The notes under the pieces were generated by a model, which searched no databases, was not told the DNA's origin, and was given only the letters and a program-made list of their open reading frames with translations. A stretch of DNA of 64,000 nt. Origin: Tubiluchus corallicola. Its lineage: Eukaryota > Animalia > Priapulida. The position numbers and the translations under genes are program-made. The stretch covers positions 1-64,000 of the forward strand of contig JAQGDQ010000974.1 of NCBI GenBank assembly GCA_030141605.1, written 5' to 3'. Positions 12,314-26,500 of the stretch are shown piece after piece (the first letter of the stretch is position 1; each line of letters begins with the position of its first letter).

Positions 12314-14505
12314 ATATTATTATTTATAATTGGAAAAAAATCTTAGTTATAATTTCATGATAATCAGCATGACAACATTAGCAATGATAAATGGAGAGAA
12401 ACTAAGGTCAACATTTACATTAATTATAAGGCCTCGTGAATCTTGAAAGCCGCGCCTATAAACTGAGCTGAACGAGAAGAAATTCTCGTTTTCTAATCGC
12501 ACCTTAAGTTCGGACCGAATTGATTGCTGAATTTATAAGGTATATTGTTTACGTTTGGTTTTGGTGGCACATTTTATGTTTGGATGTGTTTTTTATCAAA
12601 ATTTTCAATTACTTTGTAGTTTAAATTTTAATCATGTTATTTCGCAAATTGGAGTGAAAACCTTATGCGAAAGAACTGGCTGGGAGGCCTTTCTAAAATA
12701 GTGCATCAAACTTGGTAAGTCTTTAGCTAAATTCGTCAGTTCAGACTTCTTTTGGTATTAGGTATGCAGTGTATTCTCAAATCTGAAAACGAAGAACATT
12801 AAATAATATCAGGGCGCGGGCATTTTTATCCAGAATGCCTCAAGTTTAAGTGATTTTCACAAATTATCATATCTATAAGAATTTTGCGTACACACTCCTT
12901 CTGAGTGTCAGTGATAAAATTGACTTGCTTCATGTGAATTGTGAGTTCACTCTCTACCCTAGAGTAATGAAAACTCTAACATAAAAGGCCGTGAAATAAC
13001 AGAGGCTCTTAAACAGTCTTAAAGGATTGTTTATTATTGTAACATACTTAATTTCTAGATCTTGCTTAGTGACAATTTTGATATTAATTTCGTCATAATT
13101 ACACTAATTCTGTGATACAGATAAAGATAAGAGATTGTAAGCTTCTATTATTTATTTTCGAGAAATCAACTTATTTATGAAAACAATGCTATTGAGTATA
13201 ACAGATTTCCAATTTCAAGAAAATTTTCCAAAGTTTCAAAATAAAAATGCTTTCCACTCACACTGTGAGATGTTTCTATGCACAAAGCACGTTTGTGCAA
13301 AATTATGTGGTAGTACTCAAAATACGAGTATCTGGAACATCATCTGTACTTGAGTAGAATATTTGTCACTCGTATAATCGTGATGATGCACAATTATAGG
13401 CCCTCCATTCTTCTAAGTCATGTACAAAATTTACAAAAATACAACTCTGGCTAATTCAGTTGATTTTGGCATAAATTTACACTTTGGTTTAGCAGGTGGA
13501 TCTACATTGGGCAGCTGAAAAATAACAACATTTATAGAATTACAGTAATTAAAAACATATGATGTCTAAAATTGTGCATAAATTTAAGGACTCAAACTGT
13601 TTTAAGTTTTACCACAGTATTTACTAAAAACACATAAAATCGTTACTTTGACCATGTCTCATGATGTTGATTTCATATCAGTGCCAACATACAAGCGATA
13701 AAAATGTTTTATCTCAATAACGCAATGTTTTTACCGTAATACTGTAATGTGGTTACTGAGGTAGTGCATTACGGGAGCGGGAGCCACATCTCACTGCGCT
13801 GGGTATGAAAGTTTGTAACCTAAGCTTTCCAAGGTTCCACGCTGTTAAGTTGTACAAACAATAAAATAAAATAATGGCTGCCAGGCTGAAGTGCAAGCAA
13901 ATAAATTAAACTTTTGGGAGAAAAGTTGTGAGACTCGATGTAGTGCGACTTCATTAGGTTAATCAATTTATAACAAAAAGCATTTAATGGATTAATCACC
14001 ATTGGAGAAAAAAATTTGTGTTTCTATCGATTAACCATACATCACTTTTACTTATCCTACCCGTGTTTAGGTGTAATAAATAGCAAGAGAGAGCATGGTT
14101 TTGCTTGACATACTTCAGTGCAAACCAGTTGACATAATTGGACGTGACTACCACATACAAATTTTATTATACTTGCAAACAAAATTGTATGAGTTTTGCA
14201 GCCTGAGCAGACCTGCGTAGTCAGTTGTGTGAACAATAAATAAATATTAGCGTTATTTCTCTACTGGAGGTTGAAATCTAACTTTATAAGGTAAAATGTA
14301 CAAGCTGCACAAATATGTTCTTGCTCAAATGGTTACATCTAGTCAGCAATAAACCTACCTATGAATTGCTAATTTGTTTAAGTTATTTTCAGTTCAACTC
14401 TGAATTTGATTTTGCATTTGTTTACCAACAAACTTATTTAGGTTTCAAATTTGTTTCCGTACTCAGTGATGTGCCAGTAAAAGTTAGCTTCTGAATTTTT
14501 CCCAA

Positions 14506-17500
14506 ATGAAGATGACTTCTTCTGTATCCGATGGAGCTAGTGCCAGTGAGGGTAAGATTTTTTTAATACCTTTTAAACATTTTTTAAAAATAAGTGTTTC
14601 TGTATATACTTGTGTATGTGTATGGTGCACGGAAATGTGTGCTAATAAGACCTTGAAGTTTTTATTGCAAATTGAGGTATCCAGTTTGTGCAAAAAATCT
14701 GACACTTTCTTTATTTCTTTAGCATGTGGTCTTTTTGCAAGTCAGGACTGTTTCCCAAAAACTGAAATGCTTAAACTTAAAAATGGTTTCAAACACATTT
14801 CAGTGATCTGAATTGGATACTTCTAAAGAATATGTTCCCTCTTTTAAAGGAATTCCTTTATGTTTTCTGTCCTGAAATATTGACTACCGTAATCGTTAAA
14901 TTTTGTTGAAAACGGTGAAAAATCAGTAATTTTATTTTCTAAATTAGGAGTGATAACGGCGTTGAGAAATCTACAGGCAAAAATCAGTTACCTTGAACGA
15001 GAGCGAGAGAAGGCAGTTTCTCAGCTGAAACATTCTGTCAGTTCAAATGAACGCGTACCTCTACCAGATGCGCCAGACGTGATGAGTAAAGGTAATGTGA
15101 GTTATTGTGTGCATGTCTGATATAAAGTTGTTTAGATTGCAAGGAAATTATTTTTCTCATCGGTTTTATTTGTGATACTGCCTTTACTTATTTCTCCTGT
15201 TCAGAGAGAATTTGGCTGTATATATATATATATAATCTTTATTTGCCATAAAAAGTCGATATTCATAACTATAAAATCCAGAACATCGCAGCATGAGAAT
15301 AAAATTCACAAAACTGTTAAAGGCAAATGCGTTCAGTGCAAACTAAAAACTACTGTGCCAAAAATTTAAAACAAAATATACATTATAATGTTACATGCAA
15401 ATTATAATAGACTTTATACTATATATACATACAATTTGAAATGGACATGGGTAAATAAAATTTGCGGATGAATATATATTATCGTTTACGTATGTAGTGT
15501 TTTCAAAACGATTTAATGTATGTATTTTTAATTTTGATTTGAATTCATCGAAAGACTTGATTTGTTTTAAATTTGATAGCCAGGTATTCCAAAGTTGAAC
15601 TACTTGTTTGGTGATAGAATTGTTCCCGTATTTGTTATTAGTGCGTATTTGTTTGATATTGTGTGTTCTTGGATTTAATGGACTTTCTGACACCTAACTC
15701 TAGCATGCTAGGTACTGGTCTTGCCGCTAAAATTCAACGTTAACTGTAGGCCTTGCTTTTGAGTGTTGCGTGATCGCTTGCAATGCACTAAAGCATACAA
15801 ATGCTTTTTCCAGAACTGGAGACAGACCTGGAAATGACTCGTGGTCGCTGCGCTGTGCTAAACCAACAAATTGACAATATGAGAGGAATGCTACAAAATG
15901 CAGAGGAAGATTGGAAGGTTAGCATGAAGGTGGGTGAACACTTTCAAACACGTATATGTTTTTATCTAACATGTAAATAAGTTGAGTAAACAATCATAAG
16001 GATTGTTTGTTTGATTGTATCATAGCATGATAGCAACCATATTTGCTAGGTAGTTGGTACTAAATTCGCAAATCGCAAAAATCACTGTACCTGTTTTTCT
16101 TAACCCTTATAGGGTCACGATTTTTTACAACCGATTTTGGTAACCAGGGGGTAAAAAATTACCCCCACCATAATTCGTAAATTACTTTTGATAAACCTCC
16201 ATGTTTCGTTAGTAAACAGCAACAGCATAATTTGTGGTTATGCTGACCACCATAGGATACATTATACCTCTGCTTAAAGACATGTGACTTACTAGTAATA
16301 CGAAATTTAAATTCACTTAGTTACATTCCCTTATCTATGCTGGAATAATTGTAGACAACTGACATTGCTAGCGCCTGTGCAAAAATCTTTGTTATTTTGA
16401 ATTTGATTGTCTTTGTAGTTGTGAGTAGACTAGTTCTACGTCAGCATACAGACGTCTGACATTTTGTTTTATCAGATACATCGCCCGTATAATGTATAGA
16501 CAAGCGAAGTAAAGTTTCGACAATTTTAAAAAATCGACATATTGCATTTTAACTTTTACTTCGTGGTGAGACAATGCGCCTAAAATAAATAACTGAAAGT
16601 ATTTTGTGCACAAAACATATTTAGAAGAAGTCATAGAAAAGGTTTACTGGGATGCATATGGTAAAAGGGTTAAAATGCAAAATTATTCCCATTTTTAATC
16701 TGTGACTACACCAAGAAACACTTGGCAAATTTTGTGCTTTTACTGCCAAGTTAGCAAGTTGTTTGTGTAGGCTATTTAGTCTTTTCTGGCATTTATTTGT
16801 AAACGTGCTAATATTCTACATTATACCTGCTATTCAGAAGGAAACTGTGTAGATTTTTCCTGTGTTTTGTGTAAGCAGAAAGGAAAACCGTGTCACTCGC
16901 ATGAATGAGTCAAGTCGTAGTTTATGTCCAATGGATCATTAACAGTTGTATAATTACAGTTTCAGATTGCATGCCTAATTCACTTTTCTACCAAAAAAGT
17001 AAAATCTTTGCCCAAAATCTTCTTTTTAGCGTTCACCCGAAGTTGCTGAACAACGAGCGGAAATTGAACACGGTGCAAAAAAACTGGAGAAAATTTCACG
17101 TTTGGAAGAAAATTACCTGCGGCTATCAGCATTGCAAAATATAGCTCAGGTAAAAATAAGAAGATGATTCTACATGTGTAGAATTGTAAAATATTATACA
17201 GTCATACCTCCGTTGTCGAACGTCTCCGTACTCGTACAAATCAGTTTTCAACCAGAAAATTCCAGCACAAATTGTCTCCGCTCTCGAACAGAATTTCGGT
17301 ACTCGACCAACCGCCCAACATGTGATGAACAGATGCGCGGCGAGCCGAACGTAATCGACCGCGCCCGAGAGTTGTCACACACAAGATTTGAATCGCCTAG
17401 CATCGCTAAGTGCTTTCTATGCTTATTTTTCTCCGCTTTTTCCGTGCATGAACAATTATGTTTTTCTTCCAAAGTAATTCTATTATGTTTTTCTTATCAA

Positions 17501-20500
17501 TTATATCATATCTACCATTTGGATAAACATTTTTGCATTATTATATTTTTTTTACTAATACTTCACAGTTCATTTGGTGCTTGAGAATGGATTATTTGCT
17601 TTTACATTATTTCTCATCAGAATAAATGATTCGGTTCTCAACCAAATCGGTTTTCAAACACTTTTTAGGAACAAATTATGGTCGAAAACCGAGGTATTAT
17701 CGTACTATTGTACTGGACAAGCATTTTTTGGGCAACCTGGTGTAGTGTCTTAGTTACTTGTTGTGGGAAACTAATCAGTTAGTCTGTAGAAATGATGCTT
17801 GGCTGATTTTTATATCTGGAAACAAAATGCTGATTGATGCATTTTACACATTAGATTTACAATTTTTTATATTTGAAAAATCGAAAAATCGGTTTAATTG
17901 GAATGCAAACTACATTTCCTTTTTCCAAAATCTGTTTCTTGGAACAATACCATATGTCTGAACATAGAACTCTGTCATAAAGCTAGCAAATGTATCTTTG
18001 AATTTAACATTGTAGAAATAAATGTGAGCAGCTTGTTTTCTTGAATCGCTTATTTCACACAGTTTGCTGGTTTATAAGTGCACTTTCTTGTCAATTTTCG
18101 TAGATGCTCGATTCTGTTTAAATGTAACGTTGCATTACTTTGCTTTTGCAGCAAAAGCTGACCGACTTAGAAGACAAACTCGACGCAGAGCAAAAACGTC
18201 GGATAAAATTAGAAGCATCCACCGAAACGGTAGGTGTCGAAGAGCTGCAAGAATTAATACAGCTTGCGATGAATTGTTTCTTGCTTCTGTCACATTCGTT
18301 CCCATTTATGAAAACAGAAGTTCCGTAGATAACTAGAAGTTTTCACTGATGAATTTGGATTGCCCATGCTCATATGTTTATTTGCGTGAACCTAACTATG
18401 GGAAGAGGAATAATCCTGCTAGCTGTAATGTGGCACAGTTTCCTCACAAAGCCCTCTTTTCTAACCTAGATTTCGATCAGGCTACGTTTTATGCACTGGC
18501 ATATCTTTTGGCATTGAAATTCAAATCTAACTATACAGCGATGCCTCGAGATACGAAATTAATTCGTTCCGGAGGGGCTTTCGTATCTTAGAATTTTCGT
18601 ATTACGTGACAAGATTTATTATGATTTATTATTTATAAATGGCCTAATTCGTTCCAGCCCCCGCCCCCCAGAAAACAATCGTAAAAAGTGTAAATATTGT
18701 ACCCACCTGAAAGAAGTATCTTTCTTAATGACAACATAATCATTTACATAAATGTTAAAAAACAATGAGAAAATAATAAAATCAATGAAAAATAATAATA
18801 ATTGTTCTTACGAATAATGACACTTTACCTTTCGAAGCGTTCATGTGTTGCGCACAACAAAGCGTTCACGTGATGTTACAAAATGCATTCTAGGAGGACC
18901 GCTGTCGGGCGGCACATTTGATTTTTGCTTTCTTATCTTGATTATTTTTTCGTTAAATGAAATTTCTTCGAAGCCCGATTCGTATTCTGAATTTTTTGTA
19001 TAACAGGGTTTTCGTAAGTCGAGATTCCACTGTATTTTAAAGCCACTTAATAAAATATGATGAATGAAAATATGATTGAAAAAATAAACCAAATGAGTGA
19101 AATGATAAACAGTTGACTTGAATGTGCAGAAGCTTCTACGCATTTTACCTTTTCGAAATAAACAAACAATAGATAGTGTGAATACATATTTTCTGTCTGT
19201 TGCCAATACCAGTTTATTCATCGGTGCTATTTTGCCAAATTTCTTAGAAATACTTAGAAAATTATTACCAAATAATGTTTGGAAAAGTGCTTCAAGTTTT
19301 GCTCTCATGCCCCATTTTGAAACGCTGCTTCAAGACACAAAAAACATGGCATAGCTCATAAATGATAATGTGTCATTTTTTTATTTTGCTGGAGATGTAG
19401 TTTTAAAATTTCCTGTGACGATACAAAATTTAGCATCGGCTTTTAATCAACGATAGTCATGGATTTTTTCATCCTTGCATATCTGAATTTCCCTTTCCAA
19501 AACCGCAGGTTCATTGTTGAAATGTAGAAATTCACTATTTAATGCTTCCTGGTCAATTAGTGGCCGTGCATTGATTATTCTCCAGACGAGGTGAAACTTT
19601 ATCTTAACTTTATAGCAAAAAGTCATTGAATTAGAAGAGAGACTCCAGGAAGAACATCAGAAGAGGTTGAAAGCGGAAGCAGAAACGGTAAAAAGTGTTT
19701 TCTTATCCTGTTTTTCATGAAGCTTGTAGTGTCTCTTATTTTGTCCGCGGAGTGTGACACGTGCTTTGCATTGATTTCAACATACCATTCACAGTGTGAA
19801 TCAGAATGTGATTTTGGGTAGTCCAGTTTATGTGTCCCTTTGAATAGCGTGTAATGGAAAACATTTTTGTATAAACGAGTAGTGTAATCTCCACTATTAT
19901 TCACTGTTTGCTAGTTAGATTGGCATTAGCGCCTGCATCTTGGAAGCGTGTTGCACAAAAAACAGGTGTCGTACCTCTCAGTTAAGAAGTGTTCAGCTGT
20001 GGTGCAGTGCACACATCAGCATCTTGAAATTTAAATTTAAAATTTGTCAAGTTTTTGTGAATATTGTACAGTGGTACTGTACTTCAATTTTCGTAATATG
20101 TTATTTTCGGAGTGCCCATTGATCTTATCTCTCATTTTACTTACTTAGTTTACGTATTTTTGCTCCAATTTTCCATACAACTTGCGTACCACCATTAAAT
20201 TTGCTTCTGAATGATTCAGCTTCCTAAAGCTTTCTGCTGCTATTGTCACTGAGTGCAATTTAGCCATCTCTCGTGGTTTAGCGCTTCGTGTCTTGAATTA
20301 TCTTTCTTAAACAGATATGTAACAGTCAGTTATTGCTGATCACATTGTTTTTGTAAAAATAAACCTAGATTTTAAGTTTCCGTGACCGTTAGAAACCTTG
20401 ACAACGCGCTCGGCTAATTTTTGCAAATGATAAAGCTCTTTGTTTGTCTGGCTTCTTTATTGTAATTAGGAGTTTGGTTTTATATAAACCTTGAATTGAT

Positions 20501-23500
20501 TGTTAAGAAACAACGTGGTTTATTATTGCTAATTGCTTGTTTATTTGTCATTGCGATTTCAAATTACAATTTCGTAGGCTATTATGTTAAGGAGTGTTTG
20601 TGAACATTCAGCAATGTCATTATGTTTGTACGGATAAAGTAGCGAAAGCAGTACTGTAGTCAGGGATATTACCAAAACGAAATTGCCGATAATTGCACTT
20701 TTGGTTGAGTTTCGTGTCGAAAATTATCAAGTTTCGTAGCCGAGCTTTCTGTAATTTTCTCTAGCATTTTTCCGAGGGTTTAGTGGTATTTATCTCGCTT
20801 ACGTTTTTTTCTGGTAGGTGTTGAAAATCGCTGGAAAATTTTGTTTAAAATTGTGCAATAAAGTGCAAATATCGTTCATTTAACTTTTTATGCATTTGTA
20901 GCATGCTTTTTACGGCAATGCGGCATATCTTCAGTACGGTCGATTGTGAAACTTTAAGGTCTCCAGGCACAACGAACCGAAATATGAAAGCATAATTTGA
21001 ATAAAACCAAGTTTAATTTTCTAGTTTATGCAATATAGGCAACGAAGTATTTACAAAATAAAATTTGTCAGTTTTAAGCTTCTAGATCTTTAACTGTAAA
21101 CATTGTTCTACTTTTTTGGTTAGGATTTTTGCATAGCTACTTCGTCAAGCTTGTTTATAAGAGTAAATATAAAAAAAACCAACAAAAAAGTAGTTTGTTT
21201 ATTTCAGAATTTTTTCAGTTTTAATAATAGTGGATTTTGCAAAAACCATTTTAGTTTGGTTTCATTTCGGTATCGGTTTCCTGCGTTTCATCAATTTTGG
21301 TTCCACTTTATAATTTCAGTTTTGGTAACATCCCTGACTCCAGTGGGCCTCCCGCTTCAAACTTTGCACTGATGGGGCCGGCAAACGAATATCCAATAAT
21401 GTAGTGTCAGTATTTGCTTCACTGAATTTAAGCTAAATGTTTGTTCGTGCTTGGACATTGGTGGGCACACGAGATTTTAAAATAACCATGTCGTTGCTGG
21501 AAGGGTGTCCCAGTGCTGATTAAAGCCTTTCTTGCAGCGTTGATGGTGACATTACTAGCACAAAAATCAGGTTGATCTGTTAATTTTGTTTGTGAATTTT
21601 GTTAACATACAGAAACGATGCCATGAACAAACGAAGCCAATTATAACAGAACTTGCTCCTATCACAAAGAAGCTACCAGAAAAGGAGGAAGAAATGACAA
21701 AGTCTGACTCCTACGTGCCCAAAAGATTAAAGGATTCGAAGCCAAAACGTGACTTGTACCGGTGCAGATCTCACAGTCCCAACGATTGGATGGGGCACTT
21801 CCGGTTCCATTTTAACGACCTACCATTTGTCGCAGGGAAGGTAATTGTTACCTAGTTACTTGTGTTCTTAAATTATAACTTTATACTAAGATCACTGGAG
21901 AACGAGGTTATGGAATCTACCTGGCAAGCAGATGGTCCTTGGTTCAAATCTAATTCATGTTAAAACATTTTCCCTTTTTTTGTTTTTCAAGTTTAGTTGA
22001 GTCTCACCATCATTGACTGTTACTTAATGTTTTTGGCATTTTTCTTTTATGTCATATAGATGTAAACAAGTGCATCATTTCAATATTTCATTATTTTTGA
22101 TTAGTTATCATCTGCACTGCATGCGAAATATTTATAACAGAACTGAGTTGGGGTGGCTGATACGATAACGCATGTTCTTCGCCACCCCTTCCCATTTGAT
22201 TGGCTATTATAATTATGCTACTAAGCTTTAATCGATGTTGTATGTGGGAAAAATAATAAATGATTTGATTTGATTTGATTAATTATATACCTAATAATAT
22301 ATATTTACTTATGCTATCTTATAGCATGCAACTCTAGTGCTGAACAATTTATGTTAAAAAGGTAATTTTGTACCTTGTATTTTCAACGCATGTTTTATAA
22401 GCATTCTGTTTTGCCATTTTGATTATTATACATCCTTTATGTCTTAATTTTTTTAAATGAAGTCTTGGTTACTGGTTAGTGCTTCCCCCTTTGGTATCAT
22501 TTTACTCATCCAGGGACGAGAATTTTCCGCACATACGCAGAATTCCGAGTTTTTGGAAGACCAGTAGTGCATTTTTGTATATCGCGTAAATTCGTTGAGA
22601 AAATTTTTACGGACCCAGTACATTATTTCACAAGCTGACCGCTAGTTGGCAGGCCGTCACTTTGTTTACGTCACGTACATCAGTGTAACCACGTGTATAT
22701 CTCTATGTATAAAAATATAGAATCAATTGTGTGGAGTTATTTGAGTCAATTGCAGACAGTTTTTATATACTTTTGCATAGGAGCAGCCTGTACTTAGGCG
22801 TTTTTGACACAATTAGGTATCATGTACCCTTGATAGTTGGGTATCTTAAATTATGCATGAAACAAGGTAATTGATATTTTAAGTCCACTTAGAGGCTCTC
22901 TATGCTCACAAAATTGCAATTTATTGTTGGCTTTGCCCCTTGAACCCCCATGGGGGCTTTGCCCCTCAACCCCATAGGGGGCCTAGGTGACCCCAAAACC
23001 CCCTGTTTCAGAGTTTTGTGCAATTTGTCATTCTCATCCCTGCTCATACAAATATGCTTTGAGATGTATTGAAACAGTTACTTATTTGCACAATTGTTGT
23101 TCCAGGCAATCTTTTATGTATTGATCATAGTGCAGGGAGTATGCATTGTCTGTTTGTAGCATATTTGTAAAAGTAATCAATAGGCTCGTGTTGTAAAGAA
23201 ATTAAAATATGTACGCTTAGCTTCTTTAAATGAACAAAAAAATTAAAGGAATGCTATCACAGATTATATTTTTGTGTGTGAGGAAGCTACAATTTTCTTT
23301 TATGTGTATATTTGCTAACATTAATTATTGTTGTGGTATTTCTTTTAGTCTACTGCGCCTTCACATTCATTAGGAGGTAACATACAGGAGCTTTTAGCCA
23401 CGCTAAAGACTCATTGTCGTCTGTGCAGCACTTCGCCTGAAGGGTAACGTGTTTTTATTTCCTAAAGTTACATAAATTTTACCTACACCGAAGCTACAAT

Positions 23501-26500
23501 GCTGTATAATGGCTGCAATACTGAGGAGGAGAGACAGTTGTGAAATTTGTGATTGATCGTGTAAAAAAATTCTATGGGTCGGTTTCAAGCTCTGGTCTTA
23601 GTTTGTGACTAACCAGTTCAGCCCCGGTACATTTGCAAACCAATGTGAGTGCTAATTGAGTTGCAGAATGTTTTGCAAGTGCCCAAGATGAACAAAAACA
23701 AAGCCAGCGTAAAAATTGTTACTAATTTTTTTAAAGTTGTTATAATTGTTGCTACCTGTAAATTGTTAGTAGTATGAAAATCGTAATTTTACAATGGCTA
23801 AAAATGTTAATGCATATAATGTAACTAGGCTTGACATTTGCAACTGAAATAAATAAATAAATCTCAAATTAGTACTATTAGTCTCAACAGTTAGGAAAGA
23901 GAAGACGAGAGACAATGCCCGCAATGCTGGCAGCCACAATTTGTTTATGTGAAATTTAAAGTTATCGTTTTAAAGTAAATGTCACTTATAGAATTTGGGA
24001 ATACCTCAAAAATACTCTTTTGATCAGAATAGAACATGTGAATCAGGAGTTTCAGTGCTTCACTTCTCTCTAAGAGATGTTAGTTTTGATTTCAACATTC
24101 TTTACTAGCTTGCTCTTTTATTGATGTTGCGACGTATAGGCGAAAATCTTCATACGTAATTAGTAAAAATGTTGCCAGTTCGGGTAGCCAACCCATTGAG
24201 ATCAATCTACGCACGCCAGTTTCCAGCAGCCGGCCTAGCACGGCCACATTCGGACGGCGACCCAGTGCAGCCGATTCGCATCGTCGCCCCAAAACGGCCA
24301 GTTCCGGACGTCGACCCAGCAAAGCTAATGTTGCTAATAATAAATACAGCGGCAAGATGACACGGTCTGCTAAACAAGTGGAGAATGCTGACAGCGACTT
24401 CGACTCTGCTGTTGATACATTAGTAACTTTACGGAATTCCCTGCAAAAAGAACTAGGGGAGATGAGCAAGTAAGTTTAACTGTGTATATTCAAGATTCTT
24501 TTTTTCTGCATTGCCAAAATTCTGTGAAGAATGGGGTTATGATAAAATTATAATGATAAACTGTTGTTAATGATATTGTTAGAGCATTTTTCGTTAAATT
24601 GTTTAAAAAAATTCTCCAGAATAATACACAATTTAACCGCTTTTTGCCACCTCCTTTGGACTGCAAAAAGTTGGCATTAATACATACATGTGTATGCAAA
24701 TTGAAACATTTTGTTTTCTCAAAAGTCTGGATGTTAAGCGGAGTTAACATTTTAAAAGGGGGGGGGGGGTTATGATGAGATTTGGCTGTGCACTTTATAG
24801 TATACAAAAGTTCATGACTAATTACAACATTTTCAGGATAATAATTGATTTTAGCTCATTATAGTAATTAGAAAGGAACTGAAATAATATCCCTTTGAGA
24901 TGCTGAAACAATTGTAAAAAAAATTGTAACGAAACAATTGTAAAGATGTAGCAATTGGTTTTACTTTTTACAAAACACTCGACAAGATATTTCAAGTACG
25001 TCTAATCTTTCACCAAATTATATTACGTCAATTAATTCTGGTTTTGCATTAATTTTGTTAATTTTTAATTGTGCTTTTGTTTATTATTCAGTTCTCCTAT
25101 TGTGAAACTGTCATTTTTTTACCGTGTCCAAGTGTTCAGCATCGTATGAATTTTGGGAAATGAATTTCACAACCATTAGCTCATCCATTAAGTTATTACA
25201 GAATTTCTAACATAAGGGTGGCTGACCTAGTTGACCATATGGTCGTTCGCCACCCATTCTCCACACTACATTGTACTTGTATTTCCTTCGACACTACAAA
25301 ATATTTTTCATTGTACGGAATTTAAAAATATCTGAATATTTCTGTGTATTGTTAAACATATCTTCTCTCATCTTATCAATAATAGACGAAATAGGTATGT
25401 GCAACAATGACAAATTCATCTGGTTTTACCTGCCCTTTGTTTTTAATAGACAGAATGAGCAACTCTTTTACACTAAAAGTCTTTACCTTGAATTTTGCAG
25501 GGAACAAGATCGCCTAATTCGTTTAATCAGAGCCGAACCTGAAACTACTCAAATGAGACGTAACCTAGAGAAACGACTCGAATTATTACTTCGTCGCATG
25601 GAAAATACTGGCACAGAAATTGCAGAGCTGATTCAACATCAAAATGCAGTAAGAATTATTAAGAAACAGTTAATTCATTAACCCTTTCACTACGGAAGGT
25701 GGCACACTGCTGCCTATGTTTTTCATGCAAGGGATGGAAGGCGGTAGACTGCCGCCCAAGCTCAGCACTAAGCTAAGCGCAGTCACCCAGGTCTGTTTAT
25801 TTCATTGCTATGGCCATTCAGAAACATTGTAAAAAAGTTTAACAGCCGTAGGATTGGGGTTGCTTCGCAACAAGTTATGCTAACCAGCCAATCAGCATCT
25901 GAAGCCAAGTGCAGTCCATAATACTGTACTGTATAGTACGTTCTCATGCAAAATCACTTGTAGAGCGTTGACAAAGAGTGTGTTTAGTTGATTGTTCTTA
26001 TAAAATGATTGCATATTATGGATTGGTGTTGCATCTTTTGTGAAAGTTGGTTTCTAAATATGAGTACAGGCTTATTTATGAGCATGTGCACGTGTGTTTG
26101 CGTGGGTGCATGTATGTGTGCTCATATGTGTGTGCATGTGTAAAAATAACAACTAATATTTAATATTACTACTTAATAACAGATAACTATTAGTTTATTT
26201 ACAAGATTCTATTTTAGTAACACACCACAAGAATTTATTGTCAGGTGTGCAAAAGTCAATGTGGCCTGGGTAAAAAGCAACTACGTAGTGAAAGGCTTAA
26301 CTGAAAAAACCTGAAATTTACAAAATAACATTGAGCTTCATCAGATTTTTGTGTGAGGCGGAAATCTAGAATTTTGAATAAATAGGGCTTCATTTAACGT
26401 CAGATTTTGCTAAACCAAGATAAGAAAACGGCATTATTTTACAGACCATACGCATACGCTGTTGTCCATTTACGTAAATTGTTCTTAAATTAAGTATTTA

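Noticed and set aside
21895-21965. tRNA gene (B-box-like GGTTCAAATC)
   Set aside because: No convincing cloverleaf or A-box; at most a decayed tRNA-SINE head.
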